Part shown: in pieces, positions 21,321 to 31,700 of the stretch
Layout: each line of letters opens with the position of its first letter
Numbering within the stretch: the stretch's first letter is position 1
Origin: an uncultured Verrucomicrobiae bacterium
GTDB lineage: Bacteria; Verrucomicrobiota; Verrucomicrobiia; Chthoniobacterales; Chthoniobacteraceae
Direction: 5' to 3'
Length of the DNA stretch: 64,000 nucleotides
Assembly (NCBI GenBank): GCA_963828525.1
Contig: CAWHEP010000010.1
Coordinates: 64,001 to 128,000, forward strand
Notes under the pieces: generated by a model
Database searches by the model: none
What the model was told of the DNA's origin: nothing
What the model saw: only the letters and a program-made list of their open reading frames with translations
Translations under genes and position numbers: made by a program

Positions 21321-22536
21321 ATGTCATTCAGAGATCTTGGGTTGTCGGACGAAGTTGTCCAAGGGGTACAGGCTATGGGGTATATCGACCCGACCCCGAT
21401 TCAGTTGCGAGCCTTCCCCGTTATACTAGGCGGCAGAGACCTTATAGGCTCGGCGCAGACCGGAACAGGAAAGACTGCCGCGTTCGGTCTCCCGATCCTC
21501 ACGAAGCTGCAGAAGCACGGCGCGTTGCGCTGTCTTGTCCTGGAGCCTACCCGGGAACTGGCGGCCCAAGTGGATACCGCTTTTCGCGACTTCGGGCGTT
21601 TCACCGACCTGCGAACCAGCGTGATCCACGGCGGAGTGGGCTACGGAAAGCAGCGGCAGGATCTACACGATGGGATTGATGTTGTAGTCGCCACGCCTGG
21701 GCGTCTCCTGGACCATATGGGTGAGGGAGCGATCAATCTGAAAGATGTGAACGTCCTCGTCCTTGACGAGGTGGATCGCATGCTGGACATGGGGTTTCTG
21801 CCTGATGTCCGGCGGATCATTGAGAAGGTGCCGAAAGAGCGGCAGACGCTTTTCTTCTCGGCCACCCTGCCTCCCGAGATCGAAGGTCTGACAAAATGGG
21901 TGCTGCGTGACCCCGAGATCATAGAAATCGGGATTCGTCAGTCGGCGGCGGAGACAGTGACTCACGCGCTTTACCCGGTTGCCCTCGATCAGAAATTCGA
22001 TCTTTTAGTGGCTTTGCTGGAGAAAACGAAATTCGACAGCGCGCTCATTTTCTGCCGGACAAAGCACGGAGCGGACAAAATTGCCGGTCGCCTGAAATCC
22101 GAGAAGCATGCCGTTGCGGTACTGCATTCGAACCGGACGCAGCGGGAGAGAGTTGAGGCGCTCGAAGGCTTCAAGTCGGGCAAGTATGAAGTCATGGTGG
22201 CAACCGATATCGCGGCGCGCGGGATCGATGTGGCTGGCGTGAGTCATGTCATCAACTACGATGTGCCCCAACACCCCGAAGACTACGTGCATAGGATTGG
22301 GCGCACTGGCCGCCGCGCAAAATGTCGGAGATGCTTTCACCCTGGTGACGGCTGAGGAGTTGGATGCTGTAAGAGCGATCGAGCGGTTTATCGGACAGAA
22401 GGTTCCCCGGCTCAAGCTGGAGAACTTCGCCTACCTCTACACCGCGCTTTTCAACGAAGAGTCCATCCCGCCCGGCGGCGCGGCCAAGGGCGGACGAACG
22501 CATGGCGGGTACTCGTTCGGCCGCAGGAAGAGGTAA
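21321..22536 (+). CDS. DEAD-box RNA helicase (RhlE-like, DEVD variant), frameshift near 22312
   Basis: Q motif, AQTGTGKT, PTRELA, TPGRLLD, DEVD, SAT, ARGID, HRIGRTGR; C-terminus continues in ORF 22246-22536. Confidence 0.93.
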
Positions 22537-22625
22537 CGCGGGAGTTCTGCGGCTTCCTGGTTTGCTAACGAAAGAAAGTAGTTTACTGCAACCGTAGGGA
22601 GGCTGGGAGTCGAACTAGGGAAACT

Positions 22626-22892
22626 ATGGATACACAAACTTCTAACTCTCGCGAACGTCACGCAGAAGGACCAATCGCCCGCGCGATTGAAGAACAAACC
22701 GCTAAACTGCCCTCCGATATCTTTCTTTGGGCGGCTCTCGGTTCAATCGCGGCGTCCCTTCTGTTCCAGAGCATGGGCAAACATCGCAACGCCTTGTTTG
22801 TCGGACAGTGGGTCCCGACTTTCATGCTGTTCGGCATCTACAACAAGCTCGTCAAGCAGCTTGGCTCAGACCGTACCGATAACGAGTTGTAG
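22626..22892 (+). CDS. Small two-TM membrane protein
   Basis: GGGA RBS-like sequence upstream; LPSDIFLWAALGS and LFVGQWVPTFMLFGIYNKLVK hydrophobic segments. Confidence 0.75.
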   Translation: MDTQTSNSRERHAEGPIARAIEEQTAKLPSDIFLWAALGSIAASLLFQSMGKHRNALFVGQWVPTFMLFGIYNKLVKQLGSDRTDNEL

Positions 22893-22900
22893 GCGCCTCC

Positions 22901-24227
22901 TCAGGCTGGCTTTGCTGCCAGGACAAACGTAGCGCCTTCCCTCGCGGCATCCACCGAGATGGATGAATTCCGCGCAAGCGCGCGTTCTTTGGCGCGGCTC
23001 GCCATTGCCTCCACCTGTTCGTCGTGATGGTCGGGATCGTGGTGGAATAAAAACAAGTTTTTGATTCCAGCCCGGATCGCGACATCAAGTGTATCATCCG
23101 CGCAGGTGTGGCCCCAGCCAATGCGCTTTGGATATTCCAATCCGTCATACTGCGAGTCGGCGATTAGAACTTCCGCGTTACGGATAAACGCGACCGTCTT
23201 TTCATCCTGCTCGCGGGCGTAGTTGATCGCTTCCGCGGAGTTCTCGCCCGCAAGCTTCTGACGTTCCGCTTCATACCGTTCGTACCCTTCGTGATCGGGC
23301 ATGTACACTATGTCGCCGTTGGGAGTGCATAGGCGGTTACCAAGACAGATGCCCGGGTGATTCGCGAAGATGGTGCGCACATTTACCGCCCCCAACTGGA
23401 ACTCCATATCCCCCAGTTCCTCGAACGTGACGTGGCTCGCCATCTGGTTCAGACCGACAGGGAAGAAGGCGCTCTGCATCTGCTCGAAGAGAGCGCCTCT
23501 CAGGCCATGAACAGCGCCTTCATAACCGAGGATTCGGACGCTGACACGCGGATTGTAGGCTGGGACGAAGAACGGAAAGCCCTGGATGTGATCCCAATGC
23601 GTGTGAGAGATGAGCATGGTTATGTTCAGGGGCTTATCCTTGAATTCGTTCATGAGCGACAGCCCCAGATTTCGAATGCCGGAGCCCGCGTCCAGAATGA
23701 TGATCTGGTCGCCGAAACGCACCTCGACGCAGGACGTGTTGCCCCCCACCTTCGCGGTCTCAAGGCCCGGTGTCGGAATCGAACCGCGGACGCCCCAAAA
23801 CCGGAGAGAAGTCGGACCCACCTCAGCTCCGGCGACGACGGCAGCCCGACCTGTCGATATTTTCTCCTTCGCAAACGCCGAGAGAGTTCTGCGAAGCTCC
23901 TCGGGCGCAATCGGCTTGACCACGAAATCATCAGCCCCGGCTTCAATGGCGGCATCACAGATCGTTGCCGAACCGGCTGACGCTGGTGAGCACAACGCGC
24001 GTCAGCTCCAATTGGGGCTGCTCCCGGATCAGGCGGCACACTTTGAAGCCGTTTCGCTTCGGAGTGCGGATATCGCAAAGAACCGCGTCGGGGCTCTCTT
24101 TCGACACCAAATCCAAGCCCGACTCGCCATTGTCTGCTTCAAGCACACGCCAGCCCTGTCCCGCGAGGCAATGGGAGAGCAGCGCGCGGGAGATCGGATC
24201 GCTGTCGATGAGGACGATGCTCTTCAT
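22901..24227 (-). CDS. Receiver domain fused to an MBL-fold metallo-hydrolase, frameshift near 23958
   Basis: REC: VLIDSD, LCDIRTP, LTS, FVVKP. MBL: FWGVRGSIPTP, GGNTSC, DAGSG, SHTHWDHIQG, HPG, FHHDP. Removing one base joins the two ORFs (GND-RDAAIEAG). Confidence 0.87.
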
Positions 24228-25330
24228 GCGGCGGCTACCGTCGGAAGACGAATCCAGAAGGAGTTTCCCCCTCCCTCTCTCGGGGTGTAGCCGATCTCGC
24301 CGTTGCAGTTTTCCACCGCGATCATGCAGAAATGCAGGCGGAGGGTGGAAGTATGGCCCCGCGCCGCGCTGGCGTCGAACTTCAAGAAGAGCTTGTCGGT
24401 AATGGACGCGGGAAGCGAACTGCCGGTGTCATCCACCTGGAGGAGAACGGCGCCCGGTTCGACGCTGAGGGCCACAATTACGCGCTGGCCGGGCAGGGTA
24501 TGTTGCAGAGCGTTATCCAGCAGGTTTGTCACAACCCTCTCAAGGTGGCTGGAATCCGCGTGTACAACCGCCTGCCGGCACGCGGAATGCAAATCCAGAT
24601 ATACTCGCTTGTCCGCGAACCGCGAGCGCGCCGCTTCCACGGCATCGGCGGCGCTGACGACCAGATCGCCCTCGGCCCGCGCCGTGCCCGCGCGACCATA
24701 CAGCCCATTCATGTCGTCGGCGAACAAGCTGACGACACTGTTGATTAGGTTGCGCTGCTCCTGGGTCGCCAGGGAAGCGAGGTTGAGGTAATCCCGAATC
24801 TTTTGCTGGTCGTGTTCAGTCTCGATAAGCCACAGAGCCGTCATGATGTTCCCCGCTGCCGCGCTCATGTCTTCGGCCACACAATGAAGAAGGATTTCCT
24901 TCTTCTGCATTTCCGAATTCAACCGTTGATAAGCAATGACCGTTTCCCTGGCTTTTTGCAGGATCTCCTTTTTGGCGCTGAACGCGTCGCCCATCCGCTC
25001 CAGGAGAAGGACGGATTGGCCGTCGATGGTCAGGGCGCTGGCCTCAAGGGTGAGTTCGGAACCCTCAGTGTTTAGTTCCACCCATGGCCCGGATTGCGCG
25101 CGATCCCGTCCCGCTTCGGCCCACGCAACCTCGGCATCGACCATGAAGTTATCCATGAACGGCGACAACTCGGCGACTGCGAGCAAAGACTCAGGATCAT
25201 TTGTTGCTGGCCAAAGCAGCCGAAGCCATTCGGGCGCCCGCCCAGCCAGCCGCAGCAAACCAGGAGCCTCGCGCCTAAACAAAGCGAATCCGAGAGCTTC
25301 CAGCACCGAAGAATCCAGGTTCTCAGCCAT
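24224..25330 (-). CDS. Histidine-kinase-like protein with degenerate catalytic boxes
   Basis: N-box VVTNLLDNALQH and terminal GGGNSFWIRLP are present; the H-box reads HCVAED, G1 DTGSS and G2 TLRLHFC. Start MAENLD lies 7 bp after the GTPase stop. Confidence 0.8.
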   Translation of the reverse strand: MAENLDSSVLEALGFALFRREAPGLLRLAGRAPEWLRLLWPATNDPESLLAVAELSPFMDNFMVDAEVAWAEAGRDRAQSGPWVELNTEGSELTLEASALTIDGQSVLLLERMGDAFSAKKEILQKARETVIAYQRLNSEMQKKEILLHCVAEDMSAAAGNIMTALWLIETEHDQQKIRDYLNLASLATQEQRNLINSVVSLFADDMNGLYGRAGTARAEGDLVVSAADAVEAARSRFADKRVYLDLHSACRQAVVHADSSHLERVVTNLLDNALQHTLPGQRVIVALSVEPGAVLLQVDDTGSSLPASITDKLFLKFDASAARGHTSTLRLHFCMIAVENCNGEIGYTPREGGGNSFWIRLPTVAAA

Positions 25331-25337
25331 GCGCCTG

Positions 25338-25835
25338 TCAGCCTCCCGCCATCTCTGTAGCCAGATCGAGGAACGCCTGTTCGACTCCGGAATTTTCCTT
25401 GGCGCTGGTTCTGATGATCTTCCATCCGCCACTTTCAAGCGTGGCAATCCTCGCGTCGTCCACTTCCCACGCCGGGCTGAGGTCCGCCTTATTGAGGGCC
25501 AGGACACAGGGCGCGGGGCCGGCGCTCGATTCCACGCGGGCGCGTATTTCGACAACCTGATCGAGCGTACCCCCACGAGTTCCATCCGCGACGAAGAAGT
25601 AGCCGGCTGCTCCCCGCGCGTAGGACATCTGGAGCTTCTGAAAATCGTCATCTCCAGCCAAATCCCAGATCATCAGCATGACCTCCTTGTCGCTCAACTG
25701 GACGATTTTCTTGTCGATCTTCACCCCTACGGTGGTGAGATAGCTCTCGGAAAAAATGCTCCGCACGAATCTCGCTACGAGGCTTGTCTTCCCGACACCC
25801 GAGGCCCCTATCATGCACAGCTTTTTTTGGATCAT
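25338..25835 (-). CDS. Stand-alone Ras-superfamily (Rab-like) small GTPase
   Basis: G1 GASGVGKTS, G2 YLTTVGV, G3 WDLAG, G4 NKAD, G5 TSAK; 165 aa. Confidence 0.93.
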   Translation of the reverse strand: MIQKKLCMIGASGVGKTSLVARFVRSIFSESYLTTVGVKIDKKIVQLSDKEVMLMIWDLAGDDDFQKLQMSYARGAAGYFFVADGTRGGTLDQVVEIRARVESSAGPAPCVLALNKADLSPAWEVDDARIATLESGGWKIIRTSAKENSGVEQAFLDLATEMAGG

Positions 25836-28037
25836 GGAGTGGAACTAATGGGCTCGGAGACGGCGCGCAATTCGACACGCCGGTCGGCCTGCTCTGGGGC
25901 GGGCACTCCCACAAGGCTGCTCGCCGTCGGCTTGCCCAGACCGAGCGTTTTGAACATGGTGACATCCAGGCCGCAGGAAACGAGAAAATTTGTGACAGCA
26001 GCCGCTCGCCGCTGGCTAAGGTCCCGGTTTGCAGCCTCCGATCCCACCGCGTCCGCATGGCCCCGCACCTCGAACTGCACGCTCATCCCGAGCCGCTTGG
26101 CCGCCGTCTGGCAGCGGCGGATTTCATCCGGCAGGCGGGAGAGAGCCCCAAATCCTTCCGTCGCGAAGTTATCCTTGTTAACCAGAAAATAAATGAACGC
26201 GCTTTCGATGACAGTTTTGGCCTGCTGAAAAGCGCGTTGATCCAAATCGGTGAGGTTTCGCTGGTCGAGCGCATTCACACCAGGGATACGCGTTGCGCCC
26301 TGCCGGACCCGCGCGAGCCAGGCGTGCGGCGCGTCTCCAGAGAGCACCAGGGCGCGGCCCTGCATTGACGCGTTCACCGTGTCCGGAAGCGGATAGGCCT
26401 CCGCAAAGCGGCGCAAAGCCAGGGCCGGGTCAAAGAGGATCTCAAGATTCTTCTCCGACACCTCCCTTACTCCCGGGATGTGAAGGGCGCCGTCCCGAAC
26501 GGGAGCGATCCACTCGTAGGGCGCCTTGCCAAATAGCACAAGAACGCCGTCGGCAAAATCAACCGTAACGCCGGGAGGCGGCGGAAATGCCGCGGTAAAT
26601 CGCTCGCGAACCCTGGCAGGATCGTAAGTCACGGTGAGAGCCTGCTCGGTGAACCGGTTGACCCCGGCGATCTGCGGGGCTTCGCGCCGCACCCGGTCGA
26701 TCCACTCGTATGGCACTATGCCTGAAAGAGCCAGCAGCTCCGTTTGCAACCTCCACCCGGCAGCCCGCCGGGATGCCAAAGCGCTGCGCGAATCTCAACC
26801 GTATGCTGGTGGGATCCAGCGCGAGATATTCCTTCCAGTCGAATCGTATCTTCGCGGGGTCAACGTTCGCTTCGCGAGCCGCCTCACCGGGATCCCCCGC
26901 CAGCGGGTCGCGGAGCCCGGTGACGGTTGAGACCGAGAACCAATGCTGCCGCGCCGACGTGACAGCAATCCCCGGATCCTGTTCCAATCTCTCGAGGAAT
27001 TTGTGCCAGCGCAGATTTTCGCGGATTGCCAGGAGACCAGCGGCCAAAAGGAGAACAACGCCCGCCGCAATCGCCATCCAGGCCCGCGTGTTTCGGGCTT
27101 TATCCTCGCGCGGCTTCCTCTGCTCCCGCAGGCATGCTTCGAGTTCTGGCCGCAGGGGTTCGAACACCGCCGGATCTCCTTCGAAGCCCGCAAAAGCCGA
27201 ACCCATTTGCACATGGGCGCTGTCCAGGGTCTCCTCGAAAAGGACCCGCAGATCCCGAGGAGCACTTCCGTTAATCGCCGCGGCCAGGTAGGCGTATTGC
27301 CCGGGTACCACCCAGACTTCCTCTTGCCCAACGCGGAACTCATGCAGATCGGCCCCTTCGGCCCCCTTGAAAGCGTCGCGCGCGAAGTCGCGAATGGCGC
27401 TCAGCATTCCGGCAATCAAATCCGAATCCCGATCCAGCGAGGGATCCGCGCTCACGTGTAAAAGGCAGAGTCCCGTCTCGCGGTGAATCAGGAAAATCTG
27501 TTCCACGCGGTAAATGAGGCTCCGGAGCATCACCACCTCCGCGAACGTTTTTCCAGAACGCAGAGCTTCGATGCGCCACTTCAGTCCTTGCCACGAGAAA
27601 GTGTTATCAAGCGTCTGATTTAGAGTCTGGATCAGCCCGCGCAGGCTCTCGGCAATCGACCTGCGAACCAGCGGCCCGATGATCGGGTGAAGCATCTCCA
27701 CAAATATCCCGGGTCTCTTCTCAATCGAATCCTTGATGGATCCCTGCACAGCAGGCTGGAGCGCCCGCGTCAGTTCATCGCCCTTATCGCGGCTCAGGCG
27801 GATGGCCTGCGGCAGCACGCCCGAGATATCGGCAGCCCGCCGCTCGCGGTCGGCCACCCGGTCGGCGAGGTCGCGGAGCGCATCCTGTTCGCGACCCAGC
27901 AGGAGCCGGCGCAGTTCTTCGTAGTCGCTCTCCCGTCCTTCGTTCTCTCCACGGCCCCCGTTCAGATGCCGTTCTTGCAGGCCTTTTTCCTCCAGAAGGC
28001 GGCGGAGTTCCTCGAAGTCGTCCACCGGATTAGTCAC
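25832..28037 (-). CDS. Bitopic membrane protein: helical region, longin-like domain, TM, BON-like repeats, OmpA-like domain (frameshift near 26738)
   Basis: TM AWMAIAAGVVLLLAAGLLAI; C-terminal EVRGHAD...NRDLSQRRA...DRRVEL; ORFs 26559-28037 and 25832-26779 join inside the first repeat. Confidence 0.82.
26250..26816 (-). repeat. Three tandem protein repeats of about 64 aa (BON-like)
   Basis: DP..RF...F..P....G.L.L.G..P..W...VR..A..I.GV recurs three times (LSGIVPYEW, LFGKAPYEW, LSGDAPHAW). Confidence 0.8.
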
Positions 28038-28065
28038 AGATCAGCCAATGCATTGGCCGCCGGGA

Positions 28066-28632
28066 TCAGGATACGCCCGGAACCCGAAACTCGTTCTTCA
28101 ACCTGAGCGCGACCTCGTTCAGCATTTCCGCGAGAGCTTCGCGTCCGGCCATAGCCCCGCGAATTTGTTGGGACTCGTTCTCCAAGCCGCTCTTCATCTG
28201 CTCGTGCTTGGCCTTTATGTCGGCGCTCAGAAGCTTGGATTGTTCAAGAAGCTGTTCTCTCAAGTCATGCAGATCCTTGCCGGAACGCTCGTCAAGATTG
28301 CTCAATTTCAGCTCGAGGCCACGCGCGGTCTCCGCAAGCTCGCGAGCGCCTTTTTCGATTGCCTGTGATCGCTCCGAGTGCTCCGTCCGAATACGGTTGG
28401 TCAGCGACTCCACCTCTCCCTTCACGAAACCTTCCAGAGTATCCAGGCGTTTTTGCAAATCAGCCTGCAGCTCCGCGGCCTCTCGGGCGAGCCGCTCCTC
28501 CAACCGTGTAAAACGCCCATCGTAGTCCCGCATTTGCGAGCCAAAAAGGATGTTTCGGATGCGGTCAACATTGCCGCTCTCATTCAGCGAACCATTGCCG
28601 CCGTTAGCCAGATGAGCTTCTTCAGGATTCAT
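28066..28632 (-). CDS. Coiled-coil protein, first gene of the GTPase operon
   Basis: VDRIRNILFGSQMRDYDGRF followed by a long heptad-rich helical region. Confidence 0.78.
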   Translation of the reverse strand: MNPEEAHLANGGNGSLNESGNVDRIRNILFGSQMRDYDGRFTRLEERLAREAAELQADLQKRLDTLEGFVKGEVESLTNRIRTEHSERSQAIEKGARELAETARGLELKLSNLDERSGKDLHDLREQLLEQSKLLSADIKAKHEQMKSGLENESQQIRGAMAGREALAEMLNEVALRLKNEFRVPGVS

Positions 28633-28754
28633 ATGCGATTTTCCGTTTTGGTGATGCCGCGAGACCGTTCGGGCGCGTTTGTACCTCTCCCCGTTCAACA
28701 GAGTCAACCCTAATGAGAGCACTCGGAAGCAGTGCCGCGCCCCTCTAGTCCACC

Positions 28755-31700
28755 CTACTCCGTCAGTGTCAGCCGTTTGACGCGACGAGATTCTCTCGAA
28801 ATGGCCTGAATTGCAGGAAGACGCCCCACCGCGGCAATGCTCGGCTCGGTGTCAGCCCCATCGCCAATCCCGCTGGCAGAAGAAAAAAGTCCGGCCACCT
28901 CTGCTGGATAGGCCTCCTCCAGACGCAAGGCAAGCGCGGCGATTGTCGGAGCCTCGAAGATGAGGCCCAGCGCGATCCTCCCGCTTACAAGCTGGCGAAG
29001 TTGGTTCACGATTCGCAGCGCCAGGAGAGAATCTCCCCCCAGGTCAAAGAAGTCGTCCTTCGCGCCGATCTTTTCGACGCCAAGAATGGGTTGCCAAATT
29101 TCAGCCAGTTTGCGCTCAAATGGTGTTTCGGGAGTCGCCGGTTCGGATCTCACCGAATTGTGTGAACGATCCGGGGCGGGCAAAGCATTCCTGTCAAGCT
29201 TGCCATTAGGGAGCTTCGGAAGCACTGCGAGCGTGACGAAGGCGGAGGGCACCATGTAATCGGGCAAAGCATCCCTCAGAGCCGCCAGCATTGTCGTCCC
29301 GGCGAGGCCGCTTGATCTCTGGTTCACGGGTATCGAGTCATCGAGGAACAGCCGCTCGTAAAATGGCGTGTGCTTGTAAACCTGTTTGTAGTGCCATGAA
29401 TCAAAAGCGAACGCATGCTCTCCACCTGCCGCGTGGCGCAAATGTCCCTCGACGCGGTAATCGCGGTTGAATCTGTTCGCGGCTAGCGAGCCGCGGACCG
29501 TGGCCCTGATCTCGTCACCGGCTCGCGCTTCAAGGCCCGGGTAGAAGGTGGGCAGATACACTGGTGGCCACGAATCCTCCCGATCCAGCGTCTCCAGTTC
29601 GGCGCCGGGCGCGGCCTCCAGCCTCAACCAGAGCAACAACCCATCTATAAAGCAGTCCTGTGTGATGCTAAGCCGGATCTCCCGCTCGTATTCGCTTGAT
29701 ACCGGCTGGCTAAAATCCATCGCCTCGAAGACGTCGCGCGTGGAGCGCAGCATGTCGCTCGTAGCCCCGGTTGCGCATACCCGAAGATCATGTTTGTAGC
29801 CCGCCGCGCGCCATGAATGTTCGGCATAGTTTGCCGCAAGCTCGTCGAAGGCCGGGGTTGCGAGAAACTCCACCGGCATTTGCACTGCTGCGACCCTGGT
29901 CTCGCATCGCGCCGGCACGAGAATTCCGCCAGGCGCCAGAAACCGGCGGGCATCATCCAACAAAATATCAGCGCCCTCCGCTCCTCCGATGTGCCCGATA
30001 TTCTCAGAGACGCATATATGCGCCTTTTCGGGTAACTCGACTTCCTGGGAACGCCCATGGATTACGATAATCCTGTCACTCAGGCCGAGCGACTCAACCA
30101 GGGCTTTCGCCTGCCTCGCAGGCTCCTCCAGCAGCTCAATCGCGTAAACCTTCCTCGCGCCCTCCTCGATCGCCATCCGCGCCAGCAAAGCGTCACGTCC
30201 TGTGCCGATGTCCACAACGACCTTGTCGCGCGCGGTTCCGGCAAAGGCGCGCCGGTAGCAGTCCAGACGCGCCTTGTCATGCGCCATCGCCGTGTAGAGC
30301 ACGTCATCGTAGAAAGCATCTCCGCCGCTCCCTGGAGTTGCCGGCCAGAGTTCAACCGCGGCGGCTTGCTTGCGCGCGATGTAGGCAACCAGGCGTTTGT
30401 CGCCGGGAGCATCTTCCCGGGAGACAACCGCGCAATCGAGAACATCCGGTTGCTGTCGCAGCACGGCCTCGATCTCACCTAGTTCGATCCGGAACCCCCG
30501 AATTTTGACCTGATGATCGATACGCCCCAAGTACTCGATCGCCGTTATCCCTTTGGAGTCAGTGCCTGCTCGGAACCGCGCAAGGTCTCCCGTCTTGTAG
30601 AGACGGCCTTCGCCGAATGGGTTGGCGACGAATTTTTCAGCCGTTAGATCCGGGCGCGCCAGGTAGCCTCGCGCAAGCTGGACACCTCCGATATGCAGCT
30701 CCCCCGAGCACCCAATCGGCACCGGCTGCATACCCTTGTCCAGGATGTAGATACTGGTGTTTGCGACGGGGCGGCCAATTGGAATGGTCGCCGAGTTTGC
30801 ATCGGGTTTGCATTTCCAATAAGTCACGTCCACAGCGGCTTCGGTAGGCCCGTAAAGGTTATGCAGCTCCACATCAGGCAGTGCTTCGAAGAAACGGTTC
30901 TGTGTTTCAGGCGAAAGAGCCTCCCCGCTGCAAATAACGCGCTTGAGCTTCGAACATTCGGAAGCGTCCTTGTCAGTCAGGAAGGCGCTCAACATCGACG
31001 GGACAAAGTGGAGCGTGGTGATGTTCTCGGCGCGTATCGTCTCGATCAGATAAGCGCTGTCGCCGTGCAGTTCGGGCTGCGCGACAACGAGACGAGCGCC
31101 AGTCATCAGCGGCCAGAAAAACTCCCATACTGAGACGTCAAAGGTGAACGGAGTCTTCTGAAGGATTGCGTCCTTGCTGGTAAGTGGATATTCCGCCTGC
31201 ATCCATTGCAGCCGATTGCAGATCGCCCTGTGCGTATTCATTGCGCCCTTGGGCTTTCCTGTTGAACCGGATGTGTAGATCACATAAGCGAGATCATCAG
31301 GACTCACTCCGCTGACAGCATTCCCGTCGTCGCCATCGCAAGGGTCGTCCAGACAGACAACCCGCGCGGGAAGATCAGGAATCCGGCTCAGGAAACGCTT
31401 CTGCGTCAGCAGCGCCACGGGGGCGGAATCCCGGAGCATAAACTCGAGACGCTCCCGGGGATAGCCGGGATCGATCGGGACGTAAGCTCCGCCCGCCTTT
31501 AATATGGCCAGAAGGCCTGCCACCATCTCCAGAGATCGCTCCGCGCAGATCGCGACGAGACTGTCTGGTTTGACTCCGAGGCTCTGCAATCTATGCGCCA
31601 GTTTGTTCGCTTCGCGATTTAGTTGACGATAGGTCAGCGTCGCACCGCCAAACACCACTGCTGGAGCATCCGGCGAACGTTCCACCTGCTCCTCGATATA

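Noticed and set aside
22901..23830. Metallo-beta-lactamase resistance gene, or trans-acting thioesterase for the PKS-NRPS
   Set aside because: No signal peptide, fused to a receiver domain, and motifs fit the phosphodiesterase-like branch; nothing links it to product release.
25338..25835. Eukaryotic contamination or recent transfer of a Rab gene
   Set aside because: Overlaps its bacterial neighbour by ATGA, has similar composition, and lacks introns and a prenylation motif.
18890..26760. Programmed frameshifting in polB, the helicase, REC-MBL or the OmpA protein
   Set aside because: No canonical slippery heptamer at the junctions, and the background indel rate in this window is high.
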